IMG/VR virus record: IMGVR_UViG_3300013121_000018
Span: 43,582-107,581 of that record
DNA from: a virus
Lineage: Duplodnaviria; Caudoviricetes
Direction: 5' to 3' (one strand)
DNA: 64,000 nucleotides
Below, in pieces: positions 9,139 through 18,531 of this stretch (its first letter is position 1; each line of letters opens with the position of its first letter). The translations under genes and the position numbers were made by a program. The notes beneath the pieces were generated by a model. It saw only the letters and a program-made list of their open reading frames with translations, made no database searches and was not told the origin of the DNA.

Positions 9139-9933
9139 ATGAAAGAAAAAAGTATTAAATCGACAATGTTTCCCCCAGATTTGCATAGGGGGCAACTGTT
9201 GAAAAACGTAGGTAAAACGGGTGAACGCTACTTTGGTAGCATGGATTATGTTATTGTAAATGATGTTGGACGAGATAGAATGCTTGTTACAGGTTTTAAT
9301 AAAGCTGCTCAACCTATGAGTATGGTGACCGTTAGTATTTCTGAGTATGAATCATTAACATCCTTAACTGGAGTATTAACGCCTTATGAGACAGAAAATA
9401 GTGTTAAATTTGATATTCGGCCTATTAAAGAAAGATTATTGGAACTTCCAGCAATTGAGAGAATTCTTCCATCAAATCTTAGGATTGATGAAGAACTATT
9501 TAATCTTGTAAAAGATGGGACGATTCCAAGTCAAGATGAACTAAGGATTTTGGTACTTAGGTATCATAAAGCCTTGTGTACTGCAGAAGAAATTGTTACT
9601 TTGTATGATAGTGTTATATTTGGTGATGAAAAAGAAAAAATGACTGCAAATACACCAAACATTCCTGACGGACAAATTGGTGTACATGAAGACAAATTCT
9701 CTTGGTCATTAGGAGGAACGACTACTTTCGCTGAAGATCCTCTTCCTTATTTTATAGATCCTACTATAACATTAAAAAGACCAACAGGAGCTACAATAAA
9801 ATCTTCAGCAGATACACCTCCAACTGGATTTTGGACTTATGAAGGTACTGATAAATTTCAAAAAGTTGAAGAAAACACTGAAGAAGAACATGATGAGGAT
9901 TCTGAATTTATGGAAGGAGATAGTCCATTTTAA
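9139..9933 (+). CDS. Hypothetical protein with acidic SSB-like tail (..GDSPF)
   Basis: In frame with ORF 8932..9933; ATG at 9139 follows the primase stop. Confidence 0.7.
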   Translation: MKEKSIKSTMFPPDLHRGQLLKNVGKTGERYFGSMDYVIVNDVGRDRMLVTGFNKAAQPMSMVTVSISEYESLTSLTGVLTPYETENSVKFDIRPIKERLLELPAIERILPSNLRIDEELFNLVKDGTIPSQDELRILVLRYHKALCTAEEIVTLYDSVIFGDEKEKMTANTPNIPDGQIGVHEDKFSWSLGGTTTFAEDPLPYFIDPTITLKRPTGATIKSSADTPPTGFWTYEGTDKFQKVEENTEEEHDEDSEFMEGDSPF

Positions 9934-9941
9934 TAACAATT

Positions 9942-10649
9942 ATGCTAAGTAAATTAAATATACATGAAAGTTGGAATGATATTTTCGTTCCTCTTTTAAG
10001 TAGTGATACAGGACAAGAATTGTTGCTACAGTTAGGTGATAAGTATCATCCTACAAAAGAAAGTATTTTCAGAGCATTCAGTATTCCTAAAGAGGACGTA
10101 TGTCTTATTATAATAGGTCAAGATGTTTATCCTGATAAAAGACTTGCAACTGGATTAGCTTTTGGAGTACCTCCAGGAAAAGACTCTGTTTCTTTGAAAA
10201 ATATAAGAACAGAAATTTATCGAGATTTCCACGATGATCCTACAAGTGATATTTTCCTTATGAAAGAGGACGAATTTAACTTCTTATTCGATAACAGTTT
10301 AGAATATTGGCAAGAACAAGGTGTTCTTTTATTAAATTCTGCATTAACTTGTGGAGGAACTCCTGGTGATCATTGGGATATATGGCAACCGTTCATGTCA
10401 TTATTAGTTACACAGCTTCCAGATGTACCTACAGTATTATTTGGAACTAAAGCAGCAACGTTGAAAGCTTTTATTAAAAATCCTATAATTGCTCCGCATC
10501 CAGCTTCAGATTCCTATGGAGGAGTCCGTAAGTTTTATGGATGTGGTGTATTTAGAGAAATACAAGAAAAAATACCAGACTTCAAATGGATAGAATACTT
10601 AAGTATTTCCTCACTTATGGAGGATACGACGGGGGATTTGCCTTTTTAG
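9942..10649 (+). CDS. ung: Uracil-DNA glycosylase (family 1)
   Basis: GQDVYP, ATGLAF, SLKNI, QGVLLLNSALT, H...W, HPA motifs. Confidence 0.92.
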   Translation: MLSKLNIHESWNDIFVPLLSSDTGQELLLQLGDKYHPTKESIFRAFSIPKEDVCLIIIGQDVYPDKRLATGLAFGVPPGKDSVSLKNIRTEIYRDFHDDPTSDIFLMKEDEFNFLFDNSLEYWQEQGVLLLNSALTCGGTPGDHWDIWQPFMSLLVTQLPDVPTVLFGTKAATLKAFIKNPIIAPHPASDSYGGVRKFYGCGVFREIQEKIPDFKWIEYLSISSLMEDTTGDLPF

Positions 10650-11164
10650 GTAAATCTGTTAAGAATATTAACGATGCGGATTTGATTATTTTTACTGGTG
10701 GAGAAGATATTTCACCAGAATTATATAATCAAAAAGCAAATACACATACAAGAGGTGTTAATATCAAACGTGATAGGCATGAAGTTGCTATATTCAACCT
10801 CTATAAAGATATTCCTAAACTTGGTGTCTGTAGAGGACACCAACTAATTTCTGTGTTAGAGGGTGCTTCTTTGATTCAGCACGTTGATGGTCATCATACT
10901 AACCATAATATGAAAACGTTTGATGATCATACTATTGGAGTTACATCATGTCATCATCAAATGGTTATCTTCGACAAAGACATGGAAGAAGGTAAAGACT
11001 ACTATCACTTAGGATGGTCTTCACCAGCAAAAGCTACTATGTATGTTGGAGAAAAAGGTATAGATATATATAGGGACGGTGTTAAACTTGCTAACAGATA
11101 CTTTGAAGAATCCGAAATGGCTTTTTTTCCAAAATCAAATAGCTTGACTGTACAATTTCACCCT
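10586..11164 (+). CDS. Class I glutamine amidotransferase (PuuD/peptidase C26-like), exon 1; join(10586..11164,12201..12338), 238 aa
   Basis: TGGEDI, GVCRGHQ, SCHHQ, QFHP; the catalytic Glu is supplied by exon 2. Confidence 0.88.
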
Positions 11165-11335
11165 AAACATTTGGGGCTTGCATAAGTGATTGTGCATGAA
11201 ACATCGCTTAAATTCGGTGAACTCCTTCAATATTTTGGAGAATACCGAGCCAAGCTATTCTTAGGTTAATAGAGAATAGAAGGTGTAACGACTACAGAGG
11301 TGAGCCTAACAATAATCCTCTGCACGAAAAAGCGA

Positions 11336-11983
11336 TTACTTACTTTTATCAAAAACATCTTTATACTGCCACTTATATCCACCACAGGTAACATCTCTAC
11401 CATTACAAACGTGTCTTATATTTTGTCTCCAAACATTATTTTTAATAGCAGCGTTTTGTAATGAGTAATATTCTTCAACAATATTTTCTTCAAAATCTAA
11501 TTTATATACTGGTCGGCCAAGTTTTCTTTTTAAAGATTCTGGTCTATTTTTTCCTAATAAGCCTTGTCTTATTTTTTCACAAGTTTCTTTTCTTACTTTT
11601 CTTTTAAAGGTAATAGGATGCTTCATGTTGGTGGAAATATTAAAACCTTTTTTTACTGAATTATATTTATTTATGTAATAAAGTTCTCGTTCCCATAAAA
11701 ATTCATATGAGTTTTCATTAGGAATAAGTTCTAAAATATCAAATATAAAATTATTGACTCCGTATTTATTATACGCTCGTTGCAATTTTATATTATAATG
11801 CGCATTTTTTTCAAGTTTTAATAAATGGTTTTTCCATCTTTTATGAAAATTAGATTTGTTTCCTTTTGTGGAACCTATATAAGCTTTGTTATTTTTAACA
11901 CAAAGTATTATATAAATACCTGTAGATTTAATGTTTACCACAGATTCTGCAGTAGTAATGATGTTTGTATAAATTTTTACCAT
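11336..11983 (-). CDS. GIY-YIG homing endonuclease (intron-encoded, NUMOD1-like C-terminus)
   Basis: GIYII..NNKAYIGS, RW..H, ERE.YYI, GFN, YYSLQNAA..GGYKWQY. Confidence 0.92.
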   Translation of the reverse strand: MVKIYTNIITTAESVVNIKSTGIYIILCVKNNKAYIGSTKGNKSNFHKRWKNHLLKLEKNAHYNIKLQRAYNKYGVNNFIFDILELIPNENSYEFLWERELYYINKYNSVKKGFNISTNMKHPITFKRKVRKETCEKIRQGLLGKNRPESLKRKLGRPVYKLDFEENIVEEYYSLQNAAIKNNVWRQNIRHVCNGRDVTCGGYKWQYKDVFDKSK

Positions 11984-11996
11984 ACTTGTTTTTTTA

Positions 11997-12024
11997 CAAA
12001 GATAACTCTGTTTAAAAGTACAAA
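11997..12024 (-). promoter_or_regulatory. Bacteroidota-type sigma70 promoter for the antisense HEG
   Basis: Minus strand TATCTTTG (12004-11997) matches TAnnTTTG, 13 nt before the ATG. A TTTG lies 16 nt upstream, a slightly short spacer. Confidence 0.65.
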
Positions 12025-12200
12025 ATAGTTTTATGTAAAAAAATTAACAATTTTTGGTAATAACTAAGTTATAATGATAAAACAATTCTATATGAATGTA
12101 AATTCAATCATATGGAATGTAAGTAAATGATATAGTCTGAACTTACAGGATGATAAACTGTAAGAAGTATAGGATAAAGAGCCTATACGATAACATAATG

Positions 12201-12338
12201 GAATGGATGGACAATATGCTTGGACAAAAATATGTTAAAGAATTAGTTTTCAAGTTAGTTTCTAATAAACTTGAAGAACACATAATTCAATCAAAATTGA
12301 ACATTGAATATGCACAAGAGCTCGATGCCCGTTTTTAA
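12201..12338 (+). CDS. Class I glutamine amidotransferase, exon 2
   Basis: EWMDNMLGQKYVKELV... completes QFHPEWM. Confidence 0.85.
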   Translation, partial: EWMDNMLGQKYVKELVFKLVSNKLEEHIIQSKLNIEYAQELDARF

Positions 12339-13008
12339 TATTGTTAACTACAGTATAGGTAAATACTGTGAGGCTACAGATTACTTAGATCCACATCTAA
12401 CATTATTGGAAGAAAATGGAAAAGATTTACATTGTTTATTTAAAGCATGTAGATGTAAGGACTTCTTCAACGAAGTTTTTAATAAAATATATACAGGTAA
12501 CGACAGTACAATTTATGACTTTTCCACGAACAATATTGATGTATCTAAGGTTAAAGATTCTGAATACTTTTATCTCCTTATGGTATCAAGAGAAGCCAAT
12601 GATGCAAAAATATTTGATGCTGAAAACATTCAAAATTTCTTAGATTTATTTAATCCGAAATCTCAAGTAGTAAAAACAAACATGGAAAAAGGTATTGTCA
12701 TTCGGTTTCATAGAAACTGGACAGACAGACCTTATCTGTTGTCAATGTTTTTAAATTTATGTAGAATAGGTTCCTTGTATAACAACGAAGGTTGGGAATC
12801 GTTTAAACAATTGTTGAGCAGCAAAGGCTTGTTTTGGAAACAAGGTTATGCAAGTTCACCTTGTTTAAATCAAGTAGCAAACAGTTTAAGAGTAATTGAA
12901 GATTATCTGAATGGAATTGTTCATGAACAAGCTTATTCAGATTATTCAAATACAAATGATTTACACAACCGTAGTGGAGCAGTAAGCTTCACTGCTAAAT
13001 TAAAGTAA
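12304..13008 (+). CDS. Hypothetical protein within the amidoligase cluster
   Basis: 234-aa ORF with a CRCKDFF motif. Confidence 0.75.
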   Translation: MNMHKSSMPVFNIVNYSIGKYCEATDYLDPHLTLLEENGKDLHCLFKACRCKDFFNEVFNKIYTGNDSTIYDFSTNNIDVSKVKDSEYFYLLMVSREANDAKIFDAENIQNFLDLFNPKSQVVKTNMEKGIVIRFHRNWTDRPYLLSMFLNLCRIGSLYNNEGWESFKQLLSSKGLFWKQGYASSPCLNQVANSLRVIEDYLNGIVHEQAYSDYSNTNDLHNRSGAVSFTAKLK

Positions 13009-13010
13009 TA

Positions 13011-13682
13011 ATGAAACAAATAGGTCTTCTTTTGAAGGTAGATACCGGAAACGTCACAATTAATGACAGGTATATGCATTGGGTATCACAATTTGGAAAC
13101 GTGCAATTCATCAACCCTCTTGATGAAAATGTATATGATTTAGATTTACTAATACTTCCTGGTGGAAGTGATGTGGATCCAGCAAGGTATGGTGAAAAAC
13201 CAAAACCATATTGTCAGAAACCCAATATCTTTGACGAATGGTTCGATAAGTTTATGTTGCCGAAATATATTGCAAAACAAATTCCTATTTTTGGAATTTG
13301 TAGAGGTTTTCAAACTTTGGCTGTACACTTTGGTGTTAAACTAACACAACATTTATATGCTCCGTATAGTGACCCAAGAGGAAAACTTGTAGAGAATTTG
13401 GAATTTAATCTTGAGGTACAACCGTCTGATAGGGCATATAACATTGCTAAAATGGTTAAAAAAGGAAGTCCTGTTAAAGTAAACAGCTTACACCATCAAG
13501 GATTTTATCAATGGGATTGTGAAAAAAATCCTATGATACAAATTTTAGCAACTGCAAAAGAAGCATTGAATGTTGAAGTATTTAAAGTAAAGGATATGCC
13601 AATTTGTGCTGTACAATACCATCCAGAAGAGATTGCATGTAACTATGCAGAAGCTCTTGTAAAAAGTTTATTAACAAAGTAA
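13011..13682 (+). CDS. Class I glutamine amidotransferase / gamma-glutamyl hydrolase (peptidase C26)
   Basis: PGGSDV, GICRGFQ, VNSLHHQ, VQYHPE. Confidence 0.92.
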   Translation: MKQIGLLLKVDTGNVTINDRYMHWVSQFGNVQFINPLDENVYDLDLLILPGGSDVDPARYGEKPKPYCQKPNIFDEWFDKFMLPKYIAKQIPIFGICRGFQTLAVHFGVKLTQHLYAPYSDPRGKLVENLEFNLEVQPSDRAYNIAKMVKKGSPVKVNSLHHQGFYQWDCEKNPMIQILATAKEALNVEVFKVKDMPICAVQYHPEEIACNYAEALVKSLLTK

Positions 13683-13690
13683 TAACTTAA

Positions 13691-14545
13691 ATGACAAATA
13701 AAATTCAAAATATAACGTTGGGTTCAGACCCAGAGTATTTTGTAAAACACATTCCTACTAACACCATCGTTAGTGGGATTGGTTTTGTAGGTGGTACAAA
13801 AAATGAACCGCTTATTTTAGATAATGAAACTGGTATCACTCGTACAGAGGATTGTACCTTAGCAGAATTTCAGTTTCCACCAGTTACTTCTAAAGAGGAT
13901 TGGTTGTATATGTTTAAGAAACTTGTTCAAAAAGGTAATGAACACCTTGGACAATATGATATGTGTCTAGTAACAGGTTCCTCACATATTTATGACGATG
14001 CTGAACTTCTTCATCCAATGGCAAGAACATTTGGATGCTCTCCAAGTACTAATGCTTGGACAAAAGAAACACAGTATTCTTGTGGGCCAGAAGAAGCTGG
14101 TAATTTGCGTTCAGCAGGTGCACATATTCATATTGGAACTACTTCTGACATTTCTGAAGATGATGCATATAATCTTATTCGTGTTTTGGATGTATTTCTG
14201 GGAGTACCTTCTGTTTTGATTGATACAGATACTCAAAGGAGGAAACTTTACGGAAAAGCCGGAGAATGCCGTTTTAGGGTTATCAAAGGTGTTATCGTAA
14301 TGGAATATCGCACTTTAGGTGGCAATATGCTGGAATCGGAAGAGTTGATTGGTTGGATTTATGACCAAACTATGAAAGCAATTGAGTATTACAACACCGA
14401 GGGTGTAGAAAAAGTGAATGCTTTCCGTGAAGAGATTATTGATTGTATTGATAATGTTAAAGAAAATCTTGCAAAAGATTTGATGTCAATCTTTAATCTA
14501 ACAATTCCTTATTTGGAGTATGTTAAAATCCATAACCATGCATAA
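13691..14545 (+). CDS. phiEco32-like COOH-NH2 ligase type 2
   Basis: LGSDPE, GGTK.EP, ED..LAEF, FGC.P, RSAGAHIHIG, RR.LYGKAG..R, EYRTL. Confidence 0.9.
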   Translation: MTNKIQNITLGSDPEYFVKHIPTNTIVSGIGFVGGTKNEPLILDNETGITRTEDCTLAEFQFPPVTSKEDWLYMFKKLVQKGNEHLGQYDMCLVTGSSHIYDDAELLHPMARTFGCSPSTNAWTKETQYSCGPEEAGNLRSAGAHIHIGTTSDISEDDAYNLIRVLDVFLGVPSVLIDTDTQRRKLYGKAGECRFRVIKGVIVMEYRTLGGNMLESEELIGWIYDQTMKAIEYYNTEGVEKVNAFREEIIDCIDNVKENLAKDLMSIFNLTIPYLEYVKIHNHA

Positions 14546-14885
14546 AATAGCAGTATACGGAAGTTTAAGACAAGGTGAATATAATTTTGAGCGAATGTCT
14601 TATATAGGGGATATTCAATACGAAACAACAACAACCATTCAAGGATGGGACTTGTATAGTCTTGGTATGTATCCTGCAATAAAAAAGGGTACTGGTACAA
14701 TTGTTGTAGATATTTTAAACGTTGGTGATGAAGTATTGGATTTTATTCGTGGAATGGAATTTGGTGCAGGGTATCATGAAGAAACAGTCAATGTTGATGG
14801 ACAAGATTGTTTCATTTATGTATACAATTATGAACTATCTAGAAACCAGGTACTGTCTGGTGACTGGAAAAAACAAAACGATTAA
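14538..14885 (+). CDS. Gamma-glutamylcyclotransferase (AIG2/GGACT-like)
   Basis: IAVYGSLRQG, LY.LG.YPA, E...Y motifs. Confidence 0.9.
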   Translation: MHKIAVYGSLRQGEYNFERMSYIGDIQYETTTTIQGWDLYSLGMYPAIKKGTGTIVVDILNVGDEVLDFIRGMEFGAGYHEETVNVDGQDCFIYVYNYELSRNQVLSGDWKKQND

Positions 14886-14886
14886 T

Positions 14887-16341
14887 ATGTGTAATATAAG
14901 TGGAGCATTAAAACTACCGAATAAGAAATACCACAATAGTGATAAATTGAAACTTCTAGCACTATATGGTGCTGAAAGAGGTAAGGATTCTTTTGGTATT
15001 TGGTATGATGATAAAGTACTTTATCATGTAAGGAGTACTTATGCAGTAACAGATGGCAACAGTTGTAGTGTATTTTTGAAATATCCGTTTCCAGAAAATA
15101 TTCAGTCTAATATTGTACTTATGCACAATAGGCAGGCTACTGTAGGTGTTGTTAACGAAAATGCAGCACACCCATATATCATTGATAATGAAATGGTGGG
15201 AATGAAGAATGGTACTATTCACAATTATGAATATCTTGCCGATAAATATAAAATTAGTGAAAAAGAGTATGAGACTGATAGTGAACTCATACTGAAAATT
15301 ATTCACAGGCATGGTTTGGAAGTCTTAAAAGAATATGTAGGTGGATGTGCAATTGCTTGGTTCAACTTGTCAGAACCCGACACTCTGTATCTCTGGAAAG
15401 GTGCTTCAATGGAATACAATAGGTATGAAGAAGAACGTCCTCTATTCTACACATTCGATACAAACGGTACATTGTATTTCAACTCTTTGGAACCACCTCT
15501 AAAGTATGTTAATAATACAAGGACACCTATCCATAGTTTAAAAGAAAACACGGTATTTGCCTTTAAAAACGGTAAAATATCGGTTGTTGCTGAATTTGAT
15601 CGTTCAAAAATGTCTCAGTCAAAACCATACAACAATACTGTATGGAACGGTTATTATGAAAAAGCAACCAATTCTTCAAAAGTAAAACATCTGCCGTCAC
15701 CTAAACTTATTGAACCTTGTCCTCAAATAAGGGCTGCTGGAAACATTTACTATTACAAAGGTAAATACTGGAAAAACGGTCATATTGTTGAAGGTGTGCT
15801 TAATATCGATACTGATAGTGGAGAAATTTTATACGATAATAGTGGGACAAACTTGTTTTTTTACAAAGGTTGGTGGGTAAAGGATGCATTTACTTATAAT
15901 AGGTTGAATTTTCCAGGAAATGAAGATGCTCCTGATATTTTTGACATGCACCATGATGCTGTCACTGAATGTATTGACGGTTTCTTTTACAGAAATGGAA
16001 GTAAGTTGAATTATACATTCAAACCTAAGTTTGGTTATAACAATTACACCTTTTTAAACGGTTCCTTAACAGCAATTGCTGCAAATTTTGGGCCAGAGAA
16101 AACTGATAACACTAGAGATGCTCTTCTTGATGCTGTTAATTACTATGTGTTTGGTAACTATACACAATGTTATTATAGCAGCAGAGAAGTTGCAGAAGCA
16201 GGTATTAAAGAGATTGATCCGACTATTAAGTTGAAGTGGACTACTGTTAATCAGATTCTGGAAGCATTGAAAAATTCAAAAAAAGCTAAAAACGAAGAAG
16301 AAATTGAAGAACAGCTTCTTCTTCAAAATTGGACAAGTTAA
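14887..16341 (+). CDS. Class II (Ntn) glutamine amidotransferase with C-terminal extension
   Basis: True start MCNISG (Cys2 nucleophile); RG.DSFG, HNRQATVG, AHPY, NGTI.N, TDSE, ERPL. Confidence 0.88.
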   Translation: MCNISGALKLPNKKYHNSDKLKLLALYGAERGKDSFGIWYDDKVLYHVRSTYAVTDGNSCSVFLKYPFPENIQSNIVLMHNRQATVGVVNENAAHPYIIDNEMVGMKNGTIHNYEYLADKYKISEKEYETDSELILKIIHRHGLEVLKEYVGGCAIAWFNLSEPDTLYLWKGASMEYNRYEEERPLFYTFDTNGTLYFNSLEPPLKYVNNTRTPIHSLKENTVFAFKNGKISVVAEFDRSKMSQSKPYNNTVWNGYYEKATNSSKVKHLPSPKLIEPCPQIRAAGNIYYYKGKYWKNGHIVEGVLNIDTDSGEILYDNSGTNLFFYKGWWVKDAFTYNRLNFPGNEDAPDIFDMHHDAVTECIDGFFYRNGSKLNYTFKPKFGYNNYTFLNGSLTAIAANFGPEKTDNTRDALLDAVNYYVFGNYTQCYYSSREVAEAGIKEIDPTIKLKWTTVNQILEALKNSKKAKNEEEIEEQLLLQNWTS

Positions 16342-16343
16342 AA

Positions 16344-17939
16344 ATGAGTACAAAAAAAAGTAAAAATAAGTTTGCTGCTCCTACATTAGCTGCTGTAAGT
16401 GAACCCAGTGTTGTAACATACACTGGGGATACTTATCCCAAAAGTGCCTGTAGGCGTATTGATAATGACTATTATCTTATCGGTGATAAAAATATCAAAG
16501 ATTCTGGTCAAGTATTTCTTATCAATGATGTCTGGTATCGTCTGTCAACTAATAAGATTACATGGGACTATCGTAAAGAAGAATATGTAATTATTAGTAG
16601 TAGCACTTTGATTTACGGCTTGGTGGATGTCACAAAAGACAAAGAACCGGTTATGGGATATTTTACACCAGATGACCTGAAAGATATTATGGTCTATGAT
16701 TACGGTGCGTCTGAATTTATGGCTATGGATGAAAATATGGCATTAAAACTCCCAAATGCGGTACGATGTGTTTCAGATGGTGCTATAGTATTTTCCAAAC
16801 TTAAAAACGTAAATTCTCTTAGTAGATTTGAAAAACATGCTAAAAGAAATTATCCCTCGTTTGATTTGAATAATTATGGATTTGCAAATAATCCTGGCGT
16901 TTCTCTTGTAAAAGAAAGGAATGCTAAATATATTAAAAGTAAAGAATTTACAGTAAATCCTACTATTGCAGAAATTGCAAAATTTCTTAAAGGCTATACA
17001 TTTGGAGCAGAATTTGAAACTGCATGTGGTACATTACCAACAAAAGAACTTCTTAAAACAGGATTAATTCCTGTTAAAGATGGTAGTATTTCTGGACATG
17101 AGTATGTTACTCTGGTTCATCAAGGTGAACTAGGATTACAGCTTTTGATGGATGCAGCAAATGCATTAAGTACATGGACAACTCCAGATCAGTATTGTTC
17201 CTTACATATCCATATCGGAAATGTTCCTAGAACAAAAGAGTTTATCATCGCTATGTATATGTTGTCATACATGTTACAGCATGAATTACATGAAATCGTA
17301 GCTCCATACAAAAAAGATGTCGGTTATCTTGCATCTAAGAATCATGGCGCTAAAGACCACTGTAAATACTTGCAATCACTGAATCTATTTGGAAATCGCA
17401 TTTATGATGTTCCTAAAGAACAAAAACAAAGAGAAATCGATGTTGTCTTCAAAAATGTATTCGCATGGTTGAATGATGGACAGGGAGAAAATGTTAGAAA
17501 TAATTTCGGAACAGGAGTACATGTTAGACAAGACCGTCCTAAATGGGAATGGCAGTCTAGGTATTACTGGATGAATTTTTGCAATTTAGTATTTTCACCA
17601 CATCATACAGTTGAGAACAGGTTGCATAGTGGAACAGTGAATCCAACTAAGACGTTGAATTGGTTATTGATTACTGTGGCAATGATAGATTTTGCCATTA
17701 ATAATCAAGAAGAGATTATTCGTGGCAAAACGAAGTATGCACTTGAGGATATTGTAAACAGATACTATAGAGTATCTGATAGTGGCAACATTATTGCCGA
17801 TTATTTATTGGCATATATTCGTGACAGGAAAAACAATTTCTTTAATTTGTCTATGATGGGAGATATGTATGGCAATGAATTTGTAAATAAAAATACTTCC
17901 TTTGAACCTTGGGAAGTTTTGATTAAAAGACTCAAGTAA
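16344..17939 (+). CDS. Putative amidoligase (COOH-NH2 ligase fold)
   Basis: FGAEFET, DGSI.G.EYVT, CSLHIHIG, RY..MN, TVE.RLHSGT. Confidence 0.85.
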   Translation: MSTKKSKNKFAAPTLAAVSEPSVVTYTGDTYPKSACRRIDNDYYLIGDKNIKDSGQVFLINDVWYRLSTNKITWDYRKEEYVIISSSTLIYGLVDVTKDKEPVMGYFTPDDLKDIMVYDYGASEFMAMDENMALKLPNAVRCVSDGAIVFSKLKNVNSLSRFEKHAKRNYPSFDLNNYGFANNPGVSLVKERNAKYIKSKEFTVNPTIAEIAKFLKGYTFGAEFETACGTLPTKELLKTGLIPVKDGSISGHEYVTLVHQGELGLQLLMDAANALSTWTTPDQYCSLHIHIGNVPRTKEFIIAMYMLSYMLQHELHEIVAPYKKDVGYLASKNHGAKDHCKYLQSLNLFGNRIYDVPKEQKQREIDVVFKNVFAWLNDGQGENVRNNFGTGVHVRQDRPKWEWQSRYYWMNFCNLVFSPHHTVENRLHSGTVNPTKTLNWLLITVAMIDFAINNQEEIIRGKTKYALEDIVNRYYRVSDSGNIIADYLLAYIRDRKNNFFNLSMMGDMYGNEFVNKNTSFEPWEVLIKRLK

Positions 17940-17945
17940 AAGAGA

Positions 17946-18527
17946 ATGAACGGAAAAAGAAACAGAACTAAGGGGCATGATCTCGAAAGAGATTGTGCTT
18001 CCCTTTTTAGAAATTTGGGATTTAGTTTTGCTAAAACTACTAGAGCAGAGTCTAAAACTTTAGATGATGCCGGAGTTGATATAGCGAACATACCCTTTCT
18101 GGTACAGTGTAAAGCAGGATACGATGACAGATACCCAAGATTTCCTGAAATTTATAAAGGAATCAGGGAAAACATTAAAAAAGCATATCCTAAAGACAGT
18201 CCTTTACAGGAACTTCCTGTAATTCTGATACATAAGCCAAATAGAAATGCCCCATATTGGAGCATTGACCAAGCTTTTGCTTTGGAATTATTTAAGAAAG
18301 CAACTGTTAATGCAGATATTATTGCAACTGCAATTGATGTTTTGACAAAAGCAAAACAAGAAATTCTTGCTTTAGAAGAAGCTTTACAACAATCTAATGA
18401 GAAAGTAGAAGAATACACAATTTATGATGATGTAGAGGATGATGATAATATAATTCATAGTACACCAATTTTTAATGAAACTTATGATCAGATTGTGGCA
18501 TTACTAGACACACTAAAAATAATATAA
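17946..18527 (+). CDS. Holliday junction resolvase (PD-(D/E)XK, Hjc-like)
   Basis: KGH.LER, DDAGVDI, VQCK motifs. Confidence 0.8.
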   Translation: MNGKRNRTKGHDLERDCASLFRNLGFSFAKTTRAESKTLDDAGVDIANIPFLVQCKAGYDDRYPRFPEIYKGIRENIKKAYPKDSPLQELPVILIHKPNRNAPYWSIDQAFALELFKKATVNADIIATAIDVLTKAKQEILALEEALQQSNEKVEEYTIYDDVEDDDNIIHSTPIFNETYDQIVALLDTLKII

Positions 18528-18531
18528 CTGT

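Larger units (their letters stand above)
11165..12200 (+). mobile_element. Group I intron (1036 nt) with antisense GIY-YIG endonuclease in the P8 loop
   Basis: P1 CCCU|AA..UUGGGG. Core AATTCGGTGAA, AATACCGAGCCAAG, GTGTAACGACTA, P3 ATCGCTT/AAGCGAT, GATATAGTCTGAAC. Terminal G at 12200. Splicing restores HPE. Confidence 0.92.

Noticed and set aside
12150-12200. ORF 12150..12338 as an independent gene
   Set aside because: Its first 17 codons are intron; the remainder is GATase exon 2.
14722-14886. Extended start of GATase-II
   Set aside because: Ntn amidotransferases need Cys at position 2; MCNISG starts at 14887.
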